A stretch of DNA of 22,206 nucleotides from Octopus sinensis (GCF_006345805.1 NW_021823647.1:1-22206), one strand, 5' to 3'. Counted from the first letter of the stretch, positions 12,080-22,206 are shown. Translations and numbers: made by a program. The notes: generated by a model from the letters alone, not told the origin.

Positions 12080-12498
12080 TAAGGCGGTGAGCTAGCAGAA
12101 ACGTTAGCACGCCGGGCGAAATGCTTAGCGGTATTTCGTCTGCCGTTACGTGCTGAGTGCAAATTCCGCCTAGGTCGACTTTGCTTTTCATCCTTTCGGG
12201 GTCGATTAAATAAGTACCAGTTACGCACTGGGGTCGATATAATCGACTTAATCCGCTTGTCTGTCCTTGTTTGTCCTCTCTGTGGGTAGTAAAAAAAATA
12301 CCCTTGTGGGTAGTAAAAAAAATAGGTATTTTGTCTGCCGCTACGTTCAGAGTTCAAATTCCGCCGAGGTCGACTTTGCCTTTCATCCTTTCGGGGTCGA
12401 TTAAATAAGTACCAGTTACGCACTGGGGTCGATATAATCGACTTAATCCGATTTTCTGTCCTTGTTTGTCCCCTTGTGGGCAATAAGGAAATAAGAAA
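12080..12498 (+). mobile_element. Young dimeric tRNA-derived SINE (full unit + 5'-truncated unit) with 10-bp TSD
   Basis: Unit 1 12080-12324, unit 2 12325-12498 starting at GGTATT; AATTATTCCT at 12070-12079 and 12499-12508 flanks the whole dimer. Confidence 0.9.
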
Positions 12499-12956
12499 AA
12501 TTATTCCTCCTATTAACGTTGTTGGCATCCTCTAGTTTGTATGATATGTACTCGTGAATAACTTTCCGTTGCTATGATAAGCGTCTATGCCCGGCCCTAC
12601 CTTGCGCACACCTTCCTGCAATGTTTCTATCGATGCGGATTTAAGTCACTCCTAAATCACAGACAAATACCGGTATAGGTATACCAAATACCATACAACA
12701 CACATATTTGTTTTATTAAAATTATCTCCACTTCTAGAGAACGTATCATAATTGCCATATGCAATAACGACCAGCTTCTTTTGATAAGGGGAGATAATCT
12801 CAAGATTCAAGAATTCTCCAAAATTTAGAAACCTAGACTACACGGAACATTCGTTTATTTCGAGTGCCAACTCAGAATGCCTGCTCAGGAATGAATTCTT
12901 CATCTACGTGTTGCACTCATTTGTCTCCCTTTTGTCCAGTAAATCAGAGGCCATTT

Positions 12957-13290
12957 AAAAACTGGTACTCCGTCGGTTACGACGACGAGGGACCCAGATG
13001 ATCCGATCAACGGAACAACCTGCTCGTGAAATTGACGTGAAAGAGGTTGAGTACTCCACAGACATGCATCCGTAACGTAGTTCTGAGGGAGATTCAGCGT
13101 GACACAGAATGTTACATGGCTGGCCCTTTGAAATACAGGTACATCTCATTTTTCTTTTTTATCAGCTGAGTGGATCGGAGCTATGTGGAATAAACCGCCT
13201 TGCTCAAAAACAGAACGCCCCACCAAGAATCGAACTTACACCTTTACGATCGTAAGCTGGATACCCTTACTACTAAGTCACGCACCTTCA
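12957..13290 (-). mobile_element. Full-length-looking tRNA-derived SINE (~335 bp, third body type)
   Basis: Minus: TGAAGGTGCGTGACTTAGTAGTAAGGG (A box) ... GTAAGTTCGATTCTT (B box), then body ...GTACCTGTATTTCAAAGGGCCAGCC...CTCGTCGTCGTAACCGACGGAGTACCAGT. Confidence 0.8.
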
Positions 13291-13303
13291 CTAAAAGTGA
13301 GAT

Positions 13304-13419
13304 ACCTACAGCACCTAGGTTTCCCAAGCGGTCAGCCACCTAAATACTAACTGGGCGCGACGTTGCTTAGCTTCGGTGATCGGACGTGAACCTGTGCATT
13401 CAACGTGATAACCGTAGGC
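13304..13419 (-). pseudogene. 5S rRNA pseudogene, 116 nt
   Basis: Minus: GCCTACGGTTATCACGTTGAATGCACAGGTTCACGTCCGATCACCGAAGCTAAGCAACGTCGCGCCCAGTTAGTATTTAGGTGGCTGACCGCTTGGGAAACCTAGGTGCTGTAGGT. Metazoan 5S layout with box A intact, small deletions, altered box C and CpG-type decay; solitary and inside a LINE. Confidence 0.9.
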
Positions 13420-13677
13420 GAAAACCGTAAGCGAACGCCATTTCGATTGACCTTATATTGCCGCCAGCCTTCCTGTCATGCTATTAATGACTAGGAAGAT
13501 ACCATTTGTTGTTAGTATCTTCCTAGTCTTGATATTCAAGTAGCTGATCCTTTCGAGTGTTCGCTCTGATATCCCAAATATTGGTCAAAATCATAATGGG
13601 ACATGAATTTATTGAATGCAGACACTGAGTTCTATGCAGTTACATTGCTCATTGAAATTTTCTGAAATATTCCTTTA

Positions 13678-14260
13678 TTATTACACACATGTGAGTGAGA
13701 ACACTTTGAGATATTTTTGGTATCTAACATATGTCAGATACTGCGAGCGCTGCTTCTGATTGGTCAATCCATGGTGATGACCCGAGGTCACGGTGACGGC
13801 ACTACTTTTGTCATTCATAAGTTACAACTAAACTTCATTCATTACTTTCACGTGTGTTATGTATTTCTTGAACGTGAACTTGAATGTTAACAAAATGTTA
13901 AACAGTCATCAGTTATCAGTCATTTCACCTGAAAACTTAGCGCTATAAAGTCGGACTATCTTCCTGCGGCATGACATCTTTTACAGTTACACATTGTGAC
14001 GTCACTGACGTGAAATCAAGCTGTATTCATGCGCGCTTCAAACATGTGAAGAACTTAGTTATTGTGTTAATAAATATATGTCGTTTTATTCGTGTGTAAT
14101 AAATAAAATACCAAACTCATTCCCTATGGATACCGTATTTATTACAACGAGTGGCTTGTAAACGTATCTAACGAGCGAAAGCGAGTTAGATACGTTTACA
14201 AGCCACGAATTGTAATAAATACGGTATCCATAGGGAACTCGTTTGGTATTCTCTATTTAC
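13678..14260. mobile_element. ~580-bp non-autonomous element with terminal 144-bp hairpin (Crypton-like by inference)
   Basis: Interrupts LINE relic C between ...ALRKSQ and KEYFR. 11-bp inverted repeat TTATTACACAC (13678-13688)/GTGTGTAATAA (14092-14102), then hairpin 14107-14250. TTAC occurs at both junctions (13681-84, 14257-60). Confidence 0.7.
14107..14250. repeat. Long inverted repeat, 66-bp arms, GAGCGAAAGCGA centre
   Basis: 14107-14172 is the reverse complement of 14185-14250 except for two 3-nt mismatch patches. Confidence 0.97.
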
Positions 14261-14539
14261 CCTGGCTTTTCCTCAGGGCACTAATGAATGTAACATCCTC
14301 TTCAATTTCCACATGTAGATAGCGTACATTCATCATTGAAAATAATAAAGGAGATCAACAGAACATTGACATCCCTCTTTCTAACCTGGTAGACAATCCT
14401 TATCTCCTAAATATGAACACTTATTCTGATCAAACTCCATTCCTATGTCGTACGAATATGACATTGGAATGTTACGACCAGCTTTAAATTTCTCTTTAAA
14501 TTCCTCAATACAATTTTATGGCATCAACAAAAGAAGTGT

Positions 14540-14622
14540 GTGTTTGTGCGCGCATGTGTGTGTGAGAGAGAGAGAGAGAGACAGACAGAGACAGACAGAG
14601 ACAGACAGACAGACAGAGACAG
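14540..14622. repeat. (TG)/(GA)n/(GACA)n microsatellite inside the RT relic
   Basis: Direct reading; lies between the QGD and FVD motifs. Confidence 0.9.
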
Positions 14623-15469
14623 CAGTTGACCTCTCATCTGTAGATCCTGACACATAGTTTTGACATTTCCCGAACGCTGACGTGAAGCTCACTACCAAGG
14701 CGAACAGTTTTACAGATAAGCTATCACCCTGGAATACTTTTGTAAGTATAAATAGCTACTTCAGTTCTTAGAGGTATTTGTGAGGATCGTGTAGCTGTCA
14801 GTCTTCTAATAACATCGACTACAACAGATGGAAACTTGATAAAACATGGCTGCACTAGTATCGATGAAGACAGAACAAAGTCGAACTTCTATCGTCTGAT
14901 CATGCTGTCAGCAAAACTCAGTGATGCAGTTTTACAAACGGGTCTATTGATGTGGAGCTGCTCAGCACAGCCTCCATCGCTATTCTTTCTTCGTACCTAC
15001 CCATCAGTCGCTACATCGTTTTTTGCATAACGTTTAAACATGCTACGGACCGGGGCAATTTCTTTCATTTTTTTTTTTTTTTTGCTACATGCATCTTTTG
15101 GTTTTTGGATACGGCTATTGTTTATGCAATTGTCAGCTAGTCTAATGCATTGAGTTTAACCTCTGTTTTATTTCTTTTTAACCTTTTTTGTTTCACAGAC
15201 TGACAAGAGTATCTCTGGTAAGGCAAGACGTTTGTGCAATACCCACTAAATAACTTGCTGTACCTCATTCAACCACGTTGTGTCTCGATTCTGCTGTTTC
15301 TTTACATTCCAGATTATACCCAGAATTATGAAACCAGATCATCTTTGGGAGAAGATTTTACAACGTTGACGGAATGGTTGTTCATGCTGCGATAGAGAGT
15401 TTCTGGGTTCAATTCTAACTTATGATTGATAATCCTACATTCTTATGATAATACTGTTTACTTACTGTA

Positions 15470-15742
15470 AATATGTATGTATGTATGTTGTATGTATGTA
15501 TGTATGTATGTATGTATGTATGTATGTATGTATGTATGTACGTATGTATGTGTGTGTATGTATGTACGTATGTATGTATGTGTGTATATGTATGAGTGTA
15601 TGTAAGTATGTGTGTTTATGTATGTGTGTATGTATGTATGTATGTGTGTATGTATGTATGTGTGTATGTATGTATGTGTGTGTATGTATGTATGTATGTA
15701 TGTATGTATGTATGTATGTATGTATGTATGTATGTATGTGTC
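15470..15742. repeat. (TATG)n microsatellite
   Basis: Direct reading. Confidence 0.95.
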
Positions 15743-15983
15743 GTTTATTTTTTACCTTTGATTTGTTTCAGTCATTGGACTACAGCCATGAAGGGAACCA
15801 CTTTAAAAGGTTTAGTCGAAGATTTTCGAGCCAATTGCTTAAGCTTTTAAAATGAATATAGCCACTAACATGGTTATATTCATTAAAGATACGAACGTTC
15901 CGTTCCTATCTCATTTTCCACTATACATAATTATCACAAATCATTCAACACCAATAATATGAAGATAAATTACATTTGCCTAA

Positions 15984-16076
15984 TAGTGTAGAAGACAGTT
16001 GCTCAGAGCGCCACACAGTGAGACAACCCGGAACCATGCGGTTGGAAAACAAGCTTCTTACCATACAACCACGTAT
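15984..16076 (-). mobile_element. tRNA-derived SINE head (fourth family)
   Basis: Minus: GTGGTTGTATGGTAAGAAGCTTG..CCAACCGCATGGTTCCGGGTT; homologous to 22096-22206 on +. Confidence 0.75.
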
Positions 16077-16096
16077 CGATTTCTTTTCTTTCACAA

Positions 16097-16134
<38 letters not shown>

Positions 16135-16135
16135 C

Positions 16136-16179
<44 letters not shown>

Positions 16180-16190
16180 ATATATATATA

Positions 16191-16264
<74 letters not shown>

Positions 16265-16295
16265 CCATATATATCTATATATATTATATATATAT

Positions 16296-16360
<65 letters not shown>

Positions 16361-16413
16361 CTATATAATATATATATATATATATATGTATGTATATATG
16401 TATGTATGTATAT
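16097..16413. repeat. (TA)n microsatellite grading into (TATG)n
   Basis: Direct reading. Confidence 0.95.
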
Positions 16414-16520
16414 TTATTCGACCAATCTAGCAAGTGATTGGCTGATCGCTATAATAAATTTCTGGATCATAACATTATAGTAAAAAATAAAATTAAAAAG
16501 CAGAGTATGTTAATTGTTTT

Positions 16521-16611
16521 TTCATCTTTTACATCTTTCGGTCATTGAACTGCGACCGTGCTGTGGCACCGCCTTGAAGAATTTTTAGTCGAACGAATCG
16601 ACCCCAGTGCT
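16521..16611 (-). mobile_element. SINE 3' portion (core + GGCGGTGC.CCAGCATGGCCGCAGTC-type tail)
   Basis: Matches 5383-5426 and 15757-15840. Confidence 0.7.
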
Positions 16612-17203
16612 ATAAAGGATCATGAATATTTCAAAGTCAAAATAAATATGATAATAAATATTCGTATAATTAATAATACCCATGTCTCTACTACACTCTT
16701 ATTCCAGTCAGCAATCAGATTCCTGGATCGTTTTTCAAATGTTTCCTTTGTTATTTGTTATAAGACATCAATCTGCCATACTTATTCATTATTGAATCTT
16801 TAAGCAACAATCATACTGAGTTGAAACAAACCTCTTTCTCTCCATTGATCATACATACGTTATCGGTATCCTCTAATATATGAACACCATTTTCGTCTAC
16901 AGAGTTGCTCGGGTAGTAACAATCCATGACCACAGCATTGACTTGTTTTGTCCCATCTACGCCGTGTGTGCTGGTCCCTTGCTAGATAACGACAGGCTGG
17001 AGTCGGACCAGTATTTCTGAGCCTGCCGTGTGTAACACTGTCACCATTAAGGGCTTCAGTTTCATTACCACCGTTATTCACAATATTTTGTCTTTTCATT
17101 GTCACTCATATGAGGTAGCGATTATCAGGTTGCGCAATTACCAGTGTTTTGTGACACCATCACTCATCATTCAGGTCATGAGAAGATCCCAACCGCTTCC
17201 TTT

Positions 17204-17410
<207 letters not shown>

Positions 17411-17499
17411 AAATACATATAGTTATGTATGAGTATACATATTGTAAATATCAACTCTTCAAAATGAATAATATGAATTATACATATAACAATTAAAGA

Positions 17500-17538
17500 T
17501 TGACAGACAGACAGTCAGTCAGACAGCTAGATAGATAA

Positions 17539-17621
<83 letters not shown>

Positions 17622-17625
17622 AATT

Positions 17626-17720
<95 letters not shown>
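17500..17720. repeat. (GACA)n then (GATA)n microsatellite
   Basis: Direct reading. Confidence 0.95.
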
Positions 17721-18713
17721 TTTTTTCTTGTCAGAGAAAATATGCGTTATGCTTATGTGAGTGTTCGGAGCAGCTTGGATATGCGAGGACACAGCTAATA
17801 ATTGAAAACAAAATAATATTCTGCATCATTTTTCTCCTTCAGGTTATAATCACTTCTGACATTTACAGAATGATCCGAAAACTTACATGAATTTCCTTTA
17901 TTATATTCTATAATCTATATTTTTAGACTTTCTGTCTTTGAAAACAACCAACGGAAACACTTATGCGAGCGAATAATAAACTTAATTCTCCCTTCTTTAT
18001 ATTAATTTTTTGTGACATGGGAATTCATAAATATACAGTTTTTGAGTGCATATCGATTTTTAATTATTCGCTCCTAACTATTGACGACAAAAAACAAAAA
18101 CAAAAAGAAAAGATTTACAGCATTGCTGTATTTATTTATTTATATATTTATGCGACGTCATGTCGTCTGCTATTTGTATTTCGTTATGTGTGACATAATT
18201 ACGTTAGTGTTTGCCGTCTGAAAGGTCATATATTCGTGACGACTCAATCTGGAAGGAAACAGTTTTGTCAGTATGAACAGAAAATGCAGTTTTCCATAAT
18301 GTATTAAGAAAAAAAAAAACGAACTAAATAAAGTTGACGATACATTGAGCAAGCTAGGTGTTCTGGTGTATCGCGTGACCTAATGAAAAGAGCAGACGAT
18401 ATGTCACGCAGCCAACATGGGAAAATAGCATGTTATTTTCTTTGTTTCATTGTGTTTTTTTCTAGCGTTATATCATAGTTAAAATAGTTTCATTACCATG
18501 ATAGTTAAAAATGAAACAATTCCAAGAAAAATCATCGTTCTCTATGTTTGTGAGCGAGTGTGTTTGTGTATGTGTGTATACACATGCCAGTGTATATACG
18601 TGTATTCCACAGAAACACGTTAGGAATTCAGTGATCTTTCTGTTGGCAAAATTCTTGTGATTGTATGAAAGAGTTTCTTTGAGAAGCTCTCCTTGAAAAG
18701 AAAAGACTGTATT

Positions 18714-19134
18714 CTTATTTCTTTATTGCCCACAAGGAGCTAAACATAGAGGGGACAAACAAGGACAGACAAACGGATTAAGTCGATTATATCGACCCCC
18801 AGTGCGTAACTGGTACTTATTTAATCGTCCCCGAAAGGATGAAAGGCAAAGTTGACCTCGGCGGAATTTGAACTCAGAACGTAGCGGCAGACGAAATACC
18901 TATTCTTTCCTATAAACCCACAAGGGGCTAAACACGGGAAGGAAAACAAGGACAGACAAACGGATTAAGTCGATTATATCGCCCCCAGTGCATAACTGGT
19001 ACTTATTTAATCGACCCCGAAAGGATGAAAGGCAAAGTCGGACCTCGGCGGAATTTGAACTCGAACGTAACGGCAGACGAAATACGGCTAAGCATTTTCG
19101 CCCGCGTGCTAACATTTCTGCCAGCTCGCCGCCT
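18714..19134 (-). mobile_element. Second young dimeric SINE with 10-bp TSD
   Basis: Unit 1 19134-18901, unit 2 18900-18714; AGACTGTATT at 18704-18713 and 19135-19144. Confidence 0.92.
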
Positions 19135-19154
19135 AGACTGTATTGCGCCCCCTG

Positions 19155-19465
19155 TTTCTGCTGTTGTTGTTAAGCGCTAAATAGCCATGATCGACTGCAC
19201 CTCTATGATCAAGGCATTTCAATCTCGACCATCCACCTTTTGATTTATTTTTTTATAAATAGTGTATCTATTTTCTTATGTATTTTCTTATCTATTTTCT
19301 TATGTATCCTTTTTTTTTTTTTTTCTTACACGGTAGGTATGATAAGAAAAGATTTGGCTGGTATTTCTACATTGAGACTTTTCTTATTGTTGTTACTCTT
19401 ATTTAGCCTCAAGCTAGCCCTGATCTGGCACGCATATGATTAGAGACACTTCTGGTATGAGCATC
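19155..19465. repeat. Two decayed copies of a short interspersed repeat (..AGCCCTGATC...TATGATC/TAG..GCA/ACA..)
   Basis: About 19170-19240 and 19405-19462 resemble each other; family unassigned. Confidence 0.35.
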
Positions 19466-19927
19466 ACCATTTATTCAAATTCAGTGTATTTAGGGCAACA
19501 TTTGTCAATGTATCCTTTTTTAAAGAGGCTGCCAAGTTTCGTTTGACGAACATTCGTTTGCACATCACGAAAGTAGTCTCAGAAGAAATTTTAACAAAAT
19601 ATCTTGTTGTCATCATTTTGTACAATGAAAAACATGGGGTGAATGGGATGTTAGCTGAATGAAGAGTTGTTGTTTTTTTATATATTTCGTGTTTTTTTTC
19701 CTTTTGTGGGGGGTTAAAAATTTGAATAAAACGCGACAGGTCCATGAAAAAAACCAACAAAGTAACGTCGGAAAATTCTTCTCACATTAATGATTTTATT
19801 TGGTAGCTTGTATGGCTGCGTGTAGGTGAGAGAGAGTTCGAAAGAATGAATGTATATACTGCCTATCATTTTTAGATTAGAAGCACATTCGGTAGTTCAC
19901 ATCAGCCGATTGTCAATAACGTCTGAT

Positions 19928-20287
19928 GTTAAGTTAAGTTAAGTTAATTTTTTGGCTCAAAAAGCAAAAAGCAAGGCCATGTAGGGGGACATGGAGTTAT
20001 GTACACGGGGGTGTTCATGCAAAGAGTTCAGGCCATTTCTGGTCAAGAGAGACTTGAACCGAGGGGTCGTCGGCATCTTCACTATCTCGTCCGGGGCTTA
20101 TTCCACGGATCCGCAACCCGGACGGAGAAAGTCCCTCTCCCTCGATTGAGATGAAATCGTCGCAGATAGAGCTTTTCGGAGTGACCCCGCAGCCGACGCT
20201 CTGGAGCAGGAGTGAAGAACAGCTCTTTCGAGAGGTTACACTTTCCGCTTATGTGAGTTATGACTGCGATCGGTTCTCCCTAGTCCG
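19928..20287 (-). mobile_element. 5'-truncated CR1-clade LINE 3' end with (AACTT)n tail
   Basis: Minus translation RLRGHSEKLYLRRFHLNRGRGTFSVRVADPWNK/PDEIVKMPTTPRFK/SLDQKWPELFA* fits the CR1 RGH..KL...R..FS.RV...WN.LP...V......FK..LD pattern; short 3' UTR and pentanucleotide tail at 19928-19946. Confidence 0.88.
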
Positions 20288-20374
20288 TTAGTAACCTCTT
20301 CTTATCCTGTGACTATCCACGAGATATAAATAGCTGGGCTATCTATATCTCGTTCCTCTTTTTATTAGCAGTGT

Positions 20375-20603
20375 TTAGCCTTTAGCATTCAGATTATTCT
20401 GTCAAATGTAATGCATATTTATTCACATTGTTTTGAATTAATCGTGGATCATCTCAGAGCTTTAAGATTTCGATGATGTAATATCATTATTTTTAGGATG
20501 ATATTTATTGAGTAGGTCTAAGAGGTCGGATCTGACCGATTTGAATATAAAAACGATTGAATATCTAAGCCAGATATGGACGGATTAAATGATGAATGGT
20601 TAA
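20375..20603. mobile_element. Probable TTAA-type (piggyBac-like) MITE relic
   Basis: Left TTAG-CCTTTAGCATT, right AATGATGAATGG-TTAA: degenerate terminal inverted repeat bounded by TTAA-like tetramers. The internal sequence resembles a repeat I recall from octopus DNA (unverified). Confidence 0.45.
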
Positions 20604-20871
20604 TCAATGCTTCATGAAGCAATAATCAAGAACTTTTGCCTCTTCTGTTTTCTGCTGACTTCAGACAATAAATTTGATGTGTAGTCGTTCAGCATCAGAG
20701 GCTAGAATGCTATGACGTCACCACTCAATTTGAAAGATCTGATCTTTGTTTACGAAAACCTAATTAGAAACGAAAGAGGCCAGATTCACATGATCCACTA
20801 CGAGCTCATTCGAGCAATTAAATTAATTTCCTCGACAAAGACGTTACTGCATCCATAACATCTTTCTGTAT

Positions 20872-20889
20872 CATACACGCACACACACA

Positions 20890-20952
<63 letters not shown>

Positions 20953-21395
20953 CACAACACAACGTGCACGCACACACAAAACCACACACACACACAGCAC
21001 AACACAACGTGCACACACATTCACGTACACACAGAAACATGTAGATATATGCACAACACAACACATTCACATACATACAGATAAATATATATGCGCACAC
21101 TTATACCCTCACATACACACATACACACAACACACATTCACATGTTCACAGATACATGTGTACACGCACGCACACACAGCGCTACACACAACACATTCGC
21201 TGAACGCAAATACATGTTAATACAAATACATACGCACACAAACACACACAAACATACACACACACACACAGACACGACACAACATACACATTCACATCCT
21301 CATACACATGCAAACATGACTCAACACACACATTACATACACACAGATACGCGTATACACGTACACGCACACACACACACACACATATGCACACA
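20872..21395. repeat. Complex (CA)n-rich microsatellite
   Basis: Direct reading; CACACAGCACAACACAACGTGCAC occurs twice. Confidence 0.95.
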
Positions 21396-21645
21396 GCTAT
21401 ATTTGCTCTTAAGATTGTTTGATTTGCAACTAAGATGGCGATAAAATTACAACTATGACATAACAAATAAAATACACTTCGTATTTTCTTGCGTTTGGTT
21501 GCATGACATGTCGTCTGCTCTTTTCATTAGGTCACGCAATGCAACGGCAAGTCGTATGCTAAGTGTGTCGTTTGTTTTGTACACTATTGAGGATAAAAGC
21601 ATTTTCTCGTAACATTGGCAAAACTGTCTCCTTCCAGATTTAGTC

Positions 21646-21646
<1 letters not shown>

Positions 21647-21719
<73 letters not shown>

Positions 21720-21775
21720 CAGACAGACTGACAGACAGACAGACAGACAGACAGACAGGCAGACAGGCAGACAGA

Positions 21776-21863
<88 letters not shown>

Positions 21864-22092
21864 CGATAAGAAAGAAGATAAAGATATGAAAGAAGAAAAG
21901 AAAGAAAAGAAAGAACATAAGAAAGAAAAGAGAGAAGAAGAGAAAGAAAGAAAGAAAGAAAGAGAAAGATAGATACCAAGAAGAGAAAGAAAGAAAAGAC
22001 GAAGAAAAAAACAAAAAGAAAGAAAAGACCAAAGCAAAAAAGAATAAAAGATAGGGATAAGAAAGGAAAGAAAGTAAAGAAAGAAAGAAAGA
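21647..22092. repeat. Compound (GATA)n-(GACA)n-(TA)n-(GATA)n-(GAAA)n tract
   Basis: Direct reading. Confidence 0.95.
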
Positions 22093-22095
22093 ACA

Positions 22096-22206
22096 GGCGT
22101 GCAGGCGTGATGGTGTGATAAGTAGTTTGCGATCCAACTACATGGTTCCGGGTTCAGTTTCACTGCATGGCACTCGGGTAGGTGCCTTCTGTTACATCTC
22201 CGAGCC
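22096..22206 (+). mobile_element. tRNA-derived SINE head (same family as 15984-16076), runs off window
   Basis: GGCGTGATGGTGTGATAAGTAGTTTGCGATCCAACTACATGGTTCCGGGTTCAGTTTCACTGC. Confidence 0.75.

Larger units (their letters stand above)
11560..15380 (-). mobile_element. R4/Dong-like LINE relic C (RT to CCHC/RLE), fragmented by nested insertions
   Basis: Colinear minus-strand motifs, allowing frameshifts and stops: IWNVKKQQNRDTTWLNEV (~15330), RSVACLNVMQK (~15040), GGCAEQLHINR (~14960), FQGDSLS (14734-14714), FVDAIKLY (from 14531; catalytic FVDD degraded), DIGMEFDQNKC (from 14449), KEYFR and SAFNK (~13670-13610), NIKTRKIL (~13520), HEYISYKLED (~12550), SWTYDRYIT (~12055), KMSVSCYLLMRHDIVAK (to 11846). 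The order fits RLE-type non-LTR ORFs; clade assignment is from recalled motifs. Confidence 0.85.

Noticed and set aside
12079-12528. 149-aa ORF with internal repeat, and similar ORFs at 18900-19173
   Set aside because: Translation of the dimeric SINE, not a gene.
14750-15030. ~90-codon stop-free plus frame (includes listed ORF 14836-15030) and a GTAAGT donor near 14741
   Set aside because: Antisense shadow of the RT relic (GGCAEQL, FQGDSLS on minus).
15199-15395. Plus-strand 19-nt microexon (15199-15217, TTTCACAG|...CTG|GTAAGG) plus downstream exon from 15313, open as TDKSISDYTQNYETRSS...
   Set aside because: Lies antisense inside LINE relic C (FW..IW..WLNEV region), whose T-rich antisense strand makes cryptic acceptors. 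Exonisation cannot be excluded without RNA data.
20713-20720. Isolated TGACGTCA (CRE) site
   Set aside because: A single 8-mer without promoter context is expected by chance at this scale.

Overview
AT-rich eukaryotic DNA saturated with microsatellites and retroposons. The SINE families and repeat landscape point to a coleoid cephalopod, most likely an octopus (inference, not verified). No intact protein-coding gene is visible and most listed ORFs are microsatellite or SINE artefacts. Layout: (1) 1-3480, about 15 decayed tRNA-derived SINE pieces, all on +, including a 505/506-bp tandem duplication; (2) about 5640-8005, a TE-free, strand-asymmetric block that looks like the long 3' UTR and last coding exon of an unidentified minus-strand gene; (3) about 9450-15380, relics of an R4/Dong-type (RT + CCHC + restriction-like endonuclease) LINE. 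The longest relic is split by a TSD-flanked dimeric SINE, a 5S rRNA pseudogene directly upstream of a second SINE, and a ~580-bp element ending in a 144-bp near-perfect hairpin with GA/GA-type bubbles; a mariner-derived MITE abuts its 3' end; (4) 15400-22206, microsatellites, SINEs, a second dimeric SINE, a CR1 LINE 3' end and a probable TTAA MITE. The most unusual objects are the hairpin element, the inherited SINE dimer and the 5S+SINE tandem.
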